A program made the translations under genes and the position numbers. Below, one piece after another: positions 29,561-38,562 of a stretch of DNA of 64,000 nt. The stretch is from NCBI GenBank assembly GCA_040377305.1, contig JBEIPA010000013.1, forward strand, positions 1 to 64,000, read 5' to 3'. Every line of letters starts with the position of its first letter. Positions within the stretch are counted from its first letter, which is position 1. This DNA comes from Flavobacteriales bacterium (lineage in GTDB: Bacteria > Bacteroidota > Bacteroidia > Palsa-965). The notes beneath the pieces are model-generated. The model was not told the DNA's origin and made no database searches. It was given only the letters and a program-made list of their open reading frames with translations.

Positions 29561-29980
29561 ATGTCACTGAAAAAATTACTCTTCGCATTTTCCGTTGTCT
29601 TCTGCACGTTTCTGCACGCCGACTCCATTGACGTCTACAAAGTCTCTTTTCGCGGACAGGAAATAGCAACGTACACCGGTCCGCAAACTATTCACATCAT
29701 TCTCCAGGCCGATAGTTTAACTGCGTTCGACACGCTTAAAGTAAATGTGCAGCGTGATACGCCTTGTGCAAACTGCAAGGATTATTCACTGATCGTGTTC
29801 GGTAACAAAGGTCCAATGCTTGTCGACTCCACACAAAACGGAGCGAGCTTTTTTATTCCGCTTAAACCATTGGTTGATTACCGCAAACAAAACAACGTGA
29901 AGCAATACCACGGTTACTACACCGAGTATCGAGATGGTGGCAGAGCACGGGTGGTGACGTTTAAGATTACGATGGAATAG
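29561..29980 (+). CDS. Small secreted hypothetical protein, likely paralogue of the previous gene
   Basis: Same length (139 aa); ADSIDVYKV vs ADTIGAYTV, TAFDTLKV vs TAADTLLV. Confidence 0.75.
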   Translation: MSLKKLLFAFSVVFCTFLHADSIDVYKVSFRGQEIATYTGPQTIHIILQADSLTAFDTLKVNVQRDTPCANCKDYSLIVFGNKGPMLVDSTQNGASFFIPLKPLVDYRKQNNVKQYHGYYTEYRDGGRARVVTFKITME

Positions 29981-30010
29981 CGCGCGCGTAAACCTTCGAA
30001 GGTTCGGACA

Positions 30011-30043
30011 CAAAAAAAGGAGTGCCGGTTTTGCCAGCATTCC
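30011..30043 (-). terminator. Intrinsic terminator
   Basis: Minus strand GGAATGCTGG-caaaa-CCGGCACTCC followed by a T-run. Confidence 0.65.
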
Positions 30044-30065
30044 CAAGTCAATTGGAGTGGAAATA

Positions 30066-30368
30066 TTATCCTCGCGAATTATAACCTTCTCCGTCTGTAA
30101 CAATATAGAGAACAAGAGCAGCTGCTGCAATAGCGCCACCCACAATCCATTTCACAACCGGGTTTTTCTTTTTCTTCTTTTTACGACGTTTCTTCTTTGC
30201 TTCTTCCGATGCATCGTTGGTGAAGTTGTCTGTTTCTTCAACGGCGTTTGGGGTTGCTGCGGTTTGGGTCTGTTTAGTTTGAATTGTGTTTACCGGTACG
30301 GCCTCAGTGGCATACGATAGCACATTAAAACTAAACACTACAGCGAGTGCAAGAATGAGTTTTCTCAT
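30066..30368 (-). CDS. Small protein: signal peptide, polybasic patch, C-terminal hydrophobic helix
   Basis: MRKLILALAVVFSFNVLSYA..AKKKRRKKKKKKNPVVKWIVGGAIAAAALVLYIV. Confidence 0.75.
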   Translation of the reverse strand: MRKLILALAVVFSFNVLSYATEAVPVNTIQTKQTQTAATPNAVEETDNFTNDASEEAKKKRRKKKKKKNPVVKWIVGGAIAAAALVLYIVTDGEGYNSRG

Positions 30369-30555
30369 GTTGTTAGGTATCGGTTTTTTTTCGAAAATAA
30401 TGCGTTTATACCCAGATAGATACAAAAGGGGTGCTGACAAGTGTCGAATTTAACAGTTGATGACACCTAAACTGGCTTGTTTTAACAAAATGGGTAAGAA
30501 TCGACCAGTTTTCGACACGATTGAAGGTAGGTCGCGATCATACGCGCGCATGTGT

Positions 30556-30608
30556 AACCTTGAAGCGCTAAACCCTTGCTCCGAAGGAGCTCCTTCGGAG
30601 CAGGGTTA
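30556..30608. repeat. REP-like unit with nested perfect palindrome
   Basis: aaacccttGC-TCCGAAGGAGCTCCTTCGGA-GCagggtt. Confidence 0.8.
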
Positions 30609-30616
30609 AAATTTAT

Positions 30617-30668
30617 CCGTTTACAAACGTTTGCTCCCGACTAGTGTGAAACCCGCGCATTACATTAG
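30617..30668 (+). promoter_or_regulatory. Shared 28-bp upstream motif plus -7 element (copy C)
   Basis: CCGTTTACAAACGTTTGCTCCCGACTAG, 16-nt spacer, TACATTAG, 8 nt before ATG 30677. Confidence 0.7.
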
Positions 30669-30676
30669 CCGGAGTC

Positions 30677-33600
30677 ATGAAGCAACTTTTTTTCATAGCC
30701 GCTTTTTTGTTGATGACGCTGGGCGTGAAGGCGCAGACGCCGAGCTCAACGAATTATCCGATAGCGGAATGTATAGGAGGAACATGCCCGTTATACACTG
30801 CGGTCAAATCTCATATCACTGCAACATTTATTGATTCACTTACCGAAACATTTTATGTGGCTGGACAATTCCGTACGCTAGGCGGGCAAACGCGCATCGG
30901 TCTCGGTTCAATGGACGCCGCAACGGGGATACTCTCTTCATTTGCTCCTGTCATCGACACATTCGGTTGTATATACGCAATGGGAATTAAAGGCGATACG
31001 CTATTCGTTGGTGGCCGCTTTACTCGGGTGAATGGCGTTACAAGAAATAACTTCGCCGCAATCAGAATCAGCACGGGCACATTGTTGCCATCGTTCAATA
31101 CGGGAATTGGTGGATCAGGTGATACAGTTTTCTCAATTACGGTTTATAAGGGTAGAATTTACGTAGGTGGAAAATTCACAACTGTTTTTGGACAACCGAG
31201 AATCAACATCGCACGATTGAGTTATGACGGAGTTGTGAATGCATGGAATCCTTCTGGCATCGGGGTTGTGCGTAAAACAATGCAGCACACGAACCGAATA
31301 TTAATGGTTGCAGACTTGGGGCTCGAAGACCGATTGATAAGGATTGATACACTAAATCCTTTGGTCATCTTTCAAATTATGGCGACTACTAATTCCAGCC
31401 CGGGAGCGTATGAATACGCCATTACAGATTTTGTACTTCGGGCGGATTCAGTTTACGCAGTAGGCCCGTTCGGTGAAATTGATAGTGCACCCCGAGATGG
31501 GTTTGTGGCAAGCAATATTACCAATGGAAACGAACGTACAGGTGGGATTATAGTACCAATGTTTGGGTATGACAAACATTCTAAAGTGAATGTTGAAATA
31601 TTTCGTGACACGTTGTACATAGGAACCTTTGAGGCATTCAGTGCGCTCCCTGCGTACCATAAACTTTATAAAGTGCGATACAATCGAACCAACTTGATAA
31701 CCCTAAAAACGTACAATTCGAATTTGCCCGGTCTCAATGGATATTACTGTGAGGATTTGGTGATAGGAAACGCGCGAATGTGGGAAGTGGAAAGGTTTGC
31801 TCAACACACTGCCTTTTTTTCTGGTTCGACCAATTGTGATGTATTCGGATGGTGGTTGCACATCCCGACTGTATGCGGGTTGTGGCAGCAGGCACCTGTG
31901 CCGATGTGTCCGATGGATACAGCATGGGCGGTAGTTCAGCATAATTACATGTACCAGTCCTATCACTGGACATCCTCAAATGTGAATGTGATTCTTTATC
32001 CGAATTTTGATTCATGTATGATTATTACAAACAGCGCCTTTATTGGTGGCACGGTATACGTTCGGGGAATTACATCGTGCCCTGATACTAATAACAATAC
32101 CCGCAACGGAACAATTTTATTCTTGAGTCCTCCTGCAGTATCCGCAGGCGTCGCCGACACACTATCCTGCATCGTCACGCAAACCACGCTATATGGAACG
32201 TGTACGCCTGCACCATTCAGCTGGGCGTGGACTGGTCCAAATACGTTTAGTAGCGCAGACTCATGCATCGCAAATACAGCTGGAATGCATTATCTCACTT
32301 GTGTAGGAACAAATGGTTGCAGAAGAAGTGATAGCACTTTCGTATTCGCCGACACAATCCCGCCAACGCTTGTCCCATTCACCGCTCCAACAATTACCTG
32401 CGCAAACGATAGCGTATATCTCGATGCGTCTTCTCAGTATCCGAACGATTCGTTACGATGGAGCATCGGTGCTGGTTCATATCCAAATCCGGCTTTGGTA
32501 ACTGCATCAGGAAATGTGTTACTCGTCGTTACAGATCGTGGTAACGGATGTTCGTCGACAGATACAATTTTTGTGAGTGCGAATACATCCACACCAAATG
32601 CATCCATTAGTTACACCGACACATTGCTTACATGTGCGGTTGATTCGATTTTACTTAGTGGAAATTCCACAGCTACTGGCGGCGCATCATTTTACTGGCG
32701 CGATACAGCATTGACTGTATTTCCAGATCCCTTGTGGGTAACGATACCCGGAGCCTATTTGATGACCGCTACTGGTAATATCAATGGATGTACCACCACA
32801 GTTGGTCCGGTTTACATCAACGGCTGGTATACGCCACCAAACATCACACTCGCTACCGACTCCTTCAACATCAACTGCTCGTCCGATTCTGTTCTGCTCA
32901 GCGGTTCTTCGCTTACAGTGAGCGCAACATTGCAATGGACCGATTCGGTATTGTTCAATAATGCGAACCCTGCAATGACGGGTGCACAGGGAATGTATTA
33001 CCTCATCGCAACAGACACACTGAATGGATGTGTTGCCGTTGATTCTGCTTACGTTGGTTTTGAAGCAACGCTGGATGTGACTGGAGTGAATGACACTGCA
33101 ATTTGTCCGGGAAGCGGAGCAGTGCTCTATGTTTCTCCGATCGGTGGAACGTCTCCGTATTCGTATCAGTGGAATAACTCGGGGGGAAATGTTGCACTCG
33201 TTACAGTTTATCCGGGCGATACTTTGCAATACATCGTGAGCGTAACTGACGGTGCTGGTTGTGTTGGTGAAGACACCGTCGTTGTGAATGTGCCGGATCC
33301 GATTCTCGATTCGGTGCTTTCGTTTCAGCCTTGCGATCCATTGCAACCAACCGGACAAATTCAGGTTTATCCCTGGGGCGGCGTGCCACCGTATCAGTTT
33401 TCTATTGACAACGGATTAAGCTGGCAGTCGAGTGGAGTATTCGGCGGATTAACGTTTGGCAGCTACAATGTTTTGATTGAAGATGCAATCGGCTGCTCGC
33501 AAACTGCAATCGGAATAATTGATACCAACTCATTGAGTCCCGCTCCGGAATTTCTCGTGAGCACTTCACCTGAATTGGGCGATACAATTGTGATCGTCGA

Positions 33601-34072
33601 CATTTCAAATCCACGTCCCGATTCTGTGGTGTGGATTTTTCCGGCGAACACCATAATCGTTGATACATCAATGTTCTCTCCGGCCATTGTTCCGGGAGAT
33701 ACCGGTGCATTCACGATTTCCATGCACGCGTTTTACGGTTCGTGCGAAGTGGTGCTTAATCGTCTCGTGAATATTCAACCATTCGATTCTACGAATGCAA
33801 GTCCGTGGATGTCGAATGCAATTGATTCACTCATTCTCTACCCGAATCCAAACAGCGGAACTTTTACTGTACACACCGAGTTGCAGGGAAAACAGGATTT
33901 CATCATTCTGATCATCGATGAATTTGGAAACGAGCGGGGCAGACAACACGTGTCGGACGCCGATGAATGGACCGGACAGATGTCGGTGAATAATCCTGTG
34001 CCGGGTAATTACATTCTTCGTGTTATCGCTGAATTCGATTCTGCAGAAATGATTTTCGTGATTGCCCAATGA
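30677..34072 (+). CDS. Large T9SS cargo protein: propeller-like N-terminus, Ig/SprB-like repeats, type A CTD
   Basis: Signal peptide; LFVGGRFT repeats; GGTSPYSYQW and GGVPPYQFSID SprB-like repeats; EFLVST..DTIVIVDISNP.PDSVVW block; LYPNPNSG CTD. Confidence 0.88.
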   Translation: MKQLFFIAAFLLMTLGVKAQTPSSTNYPIAECIGGTCPLYTAVKSHITATFIDSLTETFYVAGQFRTLGGQTRIGLGSMDAATGILSSFAPVIDTFGCIYAMGIKGDTLFVGGRFTRVNGVTRNNFAAIRISTGTLLPSFNTGIGGSGDTVFSITVYKGRIYVGGKFTTVFGQPRINIARLSYDGVVNAWNPSGIGVVRKTMQHTNRILMVADLGLEDRLIRIDTLNPLVIFQIMATTNSSPGAYEYAITDFVLRADSVYAVGPFGEIDSAPRDGFVASNITNGNERTGGIIVPMFGYDKHSKVNVEIFRDTLYIGTFEAFSALPAYHKLYKVRYNRTNLITLKTYNSNLPGLNGYYCEDLVIGNARMWEVERFAQHTAFFSGSTNCDVFGWWLHIPTVCGLWQQAPVPMCPMDTAWAVVQHNYMYQSYHWTSSNVNVILYPNFDSCMIITNSAFIGGTVYVRGITSCPDTNNNTRNGTILFLSPPAVSAGVADTLSCIVTQTTLYGTCTPAPFSWAWTGPNTFSSADSCIANTAGMHYLTCVGTNGCRRSDSTFVFADTIPPTLVPFTAPTITCANDSVYLDASSQYPNDSLRWSIGAGSYPNPALVTASGNVLLVVTDRGNGCSSTDTIFVSANTSTPNASISYTDTLLTCAVDSILLSGNSTATGGASFYWRDTALTVFPDPLWVTIPGAYLMTATGNINGCTTTVGPVYINGWYTPPNITLATDSFNINCSSDSVLLSGSSLTVSATLQWTDSVLFNNANPAMTGAQGMYYLIATDTLNGCVAVDSAYVGFEATLDVTGVNDTAICPGSGAVLYVSPIGGTSPYSYQWNNSGGNVALVTVYPGDTLQYIVSVTDGAGCVGEDTVVVNVPDPILDSVLSFQPCDPLQPTGQIQVYPWGGVPPYQFSIDNGLSWQSSGVFGGLTFGSYNVLIEDAIGCSQTAIGIIDTNSLSPAPEFLVSTSPELGDTIVIVDISNPRPDSVVWIFPANTIIVDTSMFSPAIVPGDTGAFTISMHAFYGSCEVVLNRLVNIQPFDSTNASPWMSNAIDSLILYPNPNSGTFTVHTELQGKQDFIILIIDEFGNERGRQHVSDADEWTGQMSVNNPVPGNYILRVIAEFDSAEMIFVIAQ

Positions 34073-35769
34073 GAAAGTTCGCGTTCATATTTCTTCTGCT
34101 TTGCTCACTGAGCGGATTTCTTAACGGTCAAAATCTCGAGAAGATCGGCAAGAAGGATATGATCACCATCGGCGGATCGATGAATCTCAATTCGATTTTC
34201 TACGACGCACACGGATTCATTCCTCGTCGCGATCCGTACACGTGGTATTTCAACGGTTCGCTGAACGTAACCATTCTGGATGTATCGTTGCCGTTCACGT
34301 ACAGCTACTCGAATCAGCACGGAACGTACACGCAACCGTTCAACATGCAAAGTTGTTCTCCGAAATACAAGTGGGCACAGGCGCATATAGGAACAACAGC
34401 ACTCACCTATTCGCCATACACATTGGGCGGACATCTGTTCACCGGTGGCGCACTCGAGCTTACACCCAACGGATTTTTCATTGGAGGAATGTACGGTCGA
34501 TTCCGAAAAGCGGTGGCTGACGATCCCATTTCGCAAACTGCAGAACAGGTCAGCTACAAGCGAATGGGTTATGCATTTAAAGCAGGTTACGAGAACAACG
34601 GACAAGCATTAACTGTTTCGTATTTCCATGCAGCCGATGATCCGAACTCTTTGATGTTTGTTCCGCCCGACGCGAATCTTTCTCCGATGGAAAATTCAGC
34701 AATCGGAATCAGCGGAAAAACTACACTGTGGGAAGTGCTGAATGTTACCGGGGAATTTGCCGCATCCGGATTAACACGAAACATTTTCTCCGAAGATGAA
34801 ACCGCCGATTATAACGGCTGGGAGAAATGGCTTGTGCGTACGAAGACGACGACTGAATTTTATCGCGCATGGAAAGCATCCGTTGGTTATAGCACGAAAT
34901 TGTTTTCCATTTCCGTACTGCACGAGCATGTAGATCCCGGCTATCAGACATTAGGCGCGTATTTCTTCAACAATGATCTTGAGAATTACACCGTTGCGCC
35001 GGCTTTTCGTTTTCTCAAGGGAAAATTGTCGGTGAGTCTGAACACCGGATTCCAGAGGAACAATCTGGCGGGTGATCGTCTAAGCACCACACAGCGTTGG
35101 GTTGGAAGTGCGAATGTTTCATTCAATCCTTCGAAGCACTGGATGATCAGTACGGCGTATTCGAATTTCTCGTCGTACACACGCAATCGTCCGAATGCAG
35201 ATCCATTCTGGACTCCTTCGCCGGCAGATACACTGAGCTTTTACCAAATTGCACAACAAGGAAACGCAACGGTGAGTTACAACTTCGGTGAGAAAATCAC
35301 GAAGCAAACGTTTGCGATCATCGGGTCGTATCAAGTCACCGGACAACAACAGTCTGGCGACCTCCTGCCTTCCACAAAAATTCTGAATGGTAATTTCACA
35401 TGGAATGTTTCCTGGATCAAATCGAAGTGGTCTGTAACTACACTCGCGAATTATAATCAGGCAGATGCCGGAATTATTTTCACGCAGCAGTTTGGTCCCG
35501 GACTTCAGCTTGGAAAAGCGTTCATGCAAAATCGATTGCGTTTTTCCGGAGGTGGAGTGTATAATCGCTCCATGGCCAATTCCGTTTTGCTCAATCACGT
35601 GATAAGCTATCGCGCTCTATTTTCGTTCACACCCAAAGTGAAAAACGAAAAGTTGGGTCGACCATCTCTGAGTGCGAACGCAGTTTACGTGAATAAACTT
35701 CCGGTGGTGGAAGGGTTGGAGGCGACGGGGGAGTTGACTGTTACGGTGAATGTTGGGTATTCTTTCTGA
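34069..35769 (+). CDS. Putative outer-membrane beta-barrel protein
   Basis: Signal peptide, alternating beta-strand pattern, C-terminal VNVGYSF; ATGA overlap with the upstream gene. Confidence 0.8.
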   Translation: MRKFAFIFLLLCSLSGFLNGQNLEKIGKKDMITIGGSMNLNSIFYDAHGFIPRRDPYTWYFNGSLNVTILDVSLPFTYSYSNQHGTYTQPFNMQSCSPKYKWAQAHIGTTALTYSPYTLGGHLFTGGALELTPNGFFIGGMYGRFRKAVADDPISQTAEQVSYKRMGYAFKAGYENNGQALTVSYFHAADDPNSLMFVPPDANLSPMENSAIGISGKTTLWEVLNVTGEFAASGLTRNIFSEDETADYNGWEKWLVRTKTTTEFYRAWKASVGYSTKLFSISVLHEHVDPGYQTLGAYFFNNDLENYTVAPAFRFLKGKLSVSLNTGFQRNNLAGDRLSTTQRWVGSANVSFNPSKHWMISTAYSNFSSYTRNRPNADPFWTPSPADTLSFYQIAQQGNATVSYNFGEKITKQTFAIIGSYQVTGQQQSGDLLPSTKILNGNFTWNVSWIKSKWSVTTLANYNQADAGIIFTQQFGPGLQLGKAFMQNRLRFSGGGVYNRSMANSVLLNHVISYRALFSFTPKVKNEKLGRPSLSANAVYVNKLPVVEGLEATGELTVTVNVGYSF

Positions 35770-35787
35770 TTTTACGTGCGGCAATAG

Positions 35788-37038
35788 TTACTTCATGTAT
35801 TCTTTGCCTTTTGAATCGATAAAGAAGTAGGTGCCGTTTTTCTTAACCTTCATTAGACCGGAATCGAAATACGTTTCTTCAATGTATTCGTAGACGAAAG
35901 GAATAACCGTATTATTATTCTGATCGATAACTCCCCAGAATCCGCCCTTGAGAGCGGCAAAAAAACCTTTTTCGCTTACAAATTTTGTTTGATCGTAGGT
36001 CGCAGAAATTACCAGTTTTCCTGCCTTATTCATAATTCCCCACAGTTTTGTTTGAGGATCAACGATGGGAATTGATGTGCTGTAAAAAGATGGAGCACCC
36101 ATGTAACCAACGGTGTAGATGTAATCAAAGAGTTTTTCTCCTTTCTTGTTGATGTATTGCCACTTCCCATTTTCCTGAACTGCTGCAACACCTGAATAAA
36201 ATGCATTGACCCTGTCGTACTTCGCCTCAACTACAACTTTCAGATTTTCATCAACAAAACCTTCTTTACCGTTGCATTTGAATTTTGCGAGACCTTCGTG
36301 CCAATCAAATGAACCACCACTCATATCCAATTTCCCTTCACAAGAAAGTTCATGTGTTTTTTTACCCGATAGATCTGTCGTGTAAATCTGCTTGCCGTTA
36401 ATACCAGGATCTTCTATCGAATGAAGAATGTTGTTTGCGCCAACAAGCTCAATGTTGTGGTCTTCAGTAAGTAGTTTTTTGCCGGTTTTGTCAATGATAC
36501 TTTGTCTTGTGACTCTTTTGCCGTCGAGGTCCAGCAATTCGGTCACTTTGGCTTTCCCAAATCGAAATTGTTCGATGTAATTATAAGTAGCCGGAACTAG
36601 CTCTTTTCCTTTAGCATCCATGTATCCCCATAATTTCCCCTGTTGAAATCCGAAGAGTCCGTCTCCAACGAAATGGAACGCCGTATACTTAAAATCAGTA
36701 ACAACTTTATAGGAACTATTCATTAGTGCCTGTATTGAATTATGGTCAACTAAAGCCCAGCATCCATCACCTTTATTATCGATTGATTTGTAAGCTGGTT
36801 TTACTACTTCCTTTCCGTTAGAATCAACGAGTCCGCAGTTATTATCGATATAGACAAGGAATGCGTTGTTTCCTGCAAAGGAAACATAGGTATAAACCGG
36901 TTCAATTAACGTCGCTCCTTTCCAATCTACAAAACCGAACTTGTCACCGGTTTTCATTGGAATTGCATTAAAAGTTCCGGCTGCTGCAAACAGAGGGAAA
37001 AGCAGGATGATCAGAAGTTGTGGAATTGAGTTTCTCAT
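35788..37038 (-). CDS. WG-repeat (KWG) protein
   Basis: KFGFVDWKG, LWGYMDAKG, KWQYINKKG, FWGVIDQ repeats; signal peptide. Confidence 0.9.
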   Translation of the reverse strand: MRNSIPQLLIILLFPLFAAAGTFNAIPMKTGDKFGFVDWKGATLIEPVYTYVSFAGNNAFLVYIDNNCGLVDSNGKEVVKPAYKSIDNKGDGCWALVDHNSIQALMNSSYKVVTDFKYTAFHFVGDGLFGFQQGKLWGYMDAKGKELVPATYNYIEQFRFGKAKVTELLDLDGKRVTRQSIIDKTGKKLLTEDHNIELVGANNILHSIEDPGINGKQIYTTDLSGKKTHELSCEGKLDMSGGSFDWHEGLAKFKCNGKEGFVDENLKVVVEAKYDRVNAFYSGVAAVQENGKWQYINKKGEKLFDYIYTVGYMGAPSFYSTSIPIVDPQTKLWGIMNKAGKLVISATYDQTKFVSEKGFFAALKGGFWGVIDQNNNTVIPFVYEYIEETYFDSGLMKVKKNGTYFFIDSKGKEYMK

Positions 37039-37237
37039 AGCGAGTTGGGGTTATTGAATACTCTAAAATAGCAGTTTTTATTACAACAATCAGGCTGTAC
37101 TAATTTGACATTGAGAAACTCACCGCCAAACTATCTTTTGTTCAATTGATTCTTGGGTCGTCCGCGAAAAAGAAAGCGATATGGATAATTCAGGGTGCAG
37201 CGGAATCAATAGTAAAAGCGACTGTTTTCGATAGCCA

Positions 37238-38029
37238 TCAGTCGATCTTCTCAACGTTAATATCATCCACATACAACACCGTCTCACTTTCCTTCGTATT
37301 CGCAGTTATACCGAACTCAATGCTCTGATACATTCCTTTGGTACCTTGTTGCGAGTATAGAAAATCTTTCGGCAACGTTTTGCGGTTGTCACTCGAGAGA
37401 ATTTGTAAGCCATCCTGCCAAACGCGGATGTATCCTTTTTTCTTCTGCGATAGTTTTACTTCCAGCGTAAGATTGAACCACTGATCGCGAGGCAATGCAA
37501 TAGCCTGTCCTTCGCTTTGGTATACATCATCGTTGAAGAATTTGTGTTCGAGTGTAATTCCCGCTGCAGTGGTGTTAGCAAGCCGCATCCCCGGACCGGC
37601 TCCAATAGCTGCTTGTTCTTCAAAGTCGAAAAGAAAAATCCAGTCTTTGCTTTCTGTTCCTTCGATGTAATACCATGCAGAGATTCGCACAACGTCACCT
37701 TCGTAGAAAGCCATTTGTTGTTTGACGACACTGCATTTTGAAACTCTGTCAGTAGGAGAAGCGTGCGCGAAGAACTTCAGCGACTTGTTTCCTCCGTGTA
37801 CAATATTAGTGTCGAATGCAATGTAGTTGCCATCAACGGTGTTCTGATGAAACGACCAGCGAGTATCATTGTTGTTGAACATGGAATCGACATGCGCATA
37901 GGATTCGAAATCTTCGCTCATGGAATTTGGACCATCGAACCATTTTTCTTTTTTGCAGCCTTCCGTTATTCCCAGGAGAAGAAACAGCGTAACCACGGCA
38001 CACGGAAACCAGAATAGTTTACTCTTCAT
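37238..38029 (-). CDS. Lipoprotein with polysaccharide-lyase/ConA-like domain
   Basis: ATG 38029; lipobox-like TEGC; EDFE, HGGNKSLKF, PRDQWF, GYIRVWQDG, LYVDDI. Confidence 0.7.
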   Translation of the reverse strand: MKSKLFWFPCAVVTLFLLLGITEGCKKEKWFDGPNSMSEDFESYAHVDSMFNNNDTRWSFHQNTVDGNYIAFDTNIVHGGNKSLKFFAHASPTDRVSKCSVVKQQMAFYEGDVVRISAWYYIEGTESKDWIFLFDFEEQAAIGAGPGMRLANTTAAGITLEHKFFNDDVYQSEGQAIALPRDQWFNLTLEVKLSQKKKGYIRVWQDGLQILSSDNRKTLPKDFLYSQQGTKGMYQSIEFGITANTKESETVLYVDDINVEKID

Positions 38030-38561
38030 GTTTGCCTCCCAGTTTATATCCGAGTGAAATTCCGGCCCAGTGTTGCCACTGATAATCGACAAGCCAGCCA
38101 ACGATTGGTGTATATGACACACGCGCGAACCATTTTTTGTCTTTCGGTTCGAAACGATAGCCAAGCACCAGTGGCGACTTGATATAGAACGCAGCTTTAG
38201 TTGTAACGGCGGGTGCCAATCCGGCTCCTAGTTCCAGTTTATGTTTGCCGCAACCATAAATCCAATTTACCATAACCGGAAAAATCAATGCGACGCCGTT
38301 GTTCTTGTCAATGGGAGTCATTGAAAATCCAAAGCGCCATCCGAAATAATAACCCGAGTGAGGTGGCGATCCGCACATGTCGCGAAATTTCGGACCGTAG
38401 TCGGAAGGAACCCACAATGGTTTTTCGAAATTGATGGAAGCTAATCCACCGCTGCCTCCAAGTTCGAAATACAAATTACGTGTGGTCTGTGCACGCGAAG
38501 CCAGACTCGCAAGTAGCAGTGTTACAATTAAAAATGTTCGATATGTGAAATGGATTTTCAT
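38019..38561 (-). CDS. Small outer-membrane barrel-like hypothetical protein
   Basis: LYFELGGSGGLASINFE, LELGAG, LGYRF, WAGISLGY. Confidence 0.75.
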   Translation of the reverse strand: MKIHFTYRTFLIVTLLLASLASRAQTTRNLYFELGGSGGLASINFEKPLWVPSDYGPKFRDMCGSPPHSGYYFGWRFGFSMTPIDKNNGVALIFPVMVNWIYGCGKHKLELGAGLAPAVTTKAAFYIKSPLVLGYRFEPKDKKWFARVSYTPIVGWLVDYQWQHWAGISLGYKLGGKHEE

Positions 38562-38562
38562 T

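Noticed and set aside
11421-30648. Invertible segment bounded by 32-bp inverted copies
   Set aside because: No recombinase in the window; inversion would leave both core promoters on their genes; fixed spacing to -7 elements fits an operator better. Cannot be excluded without reads
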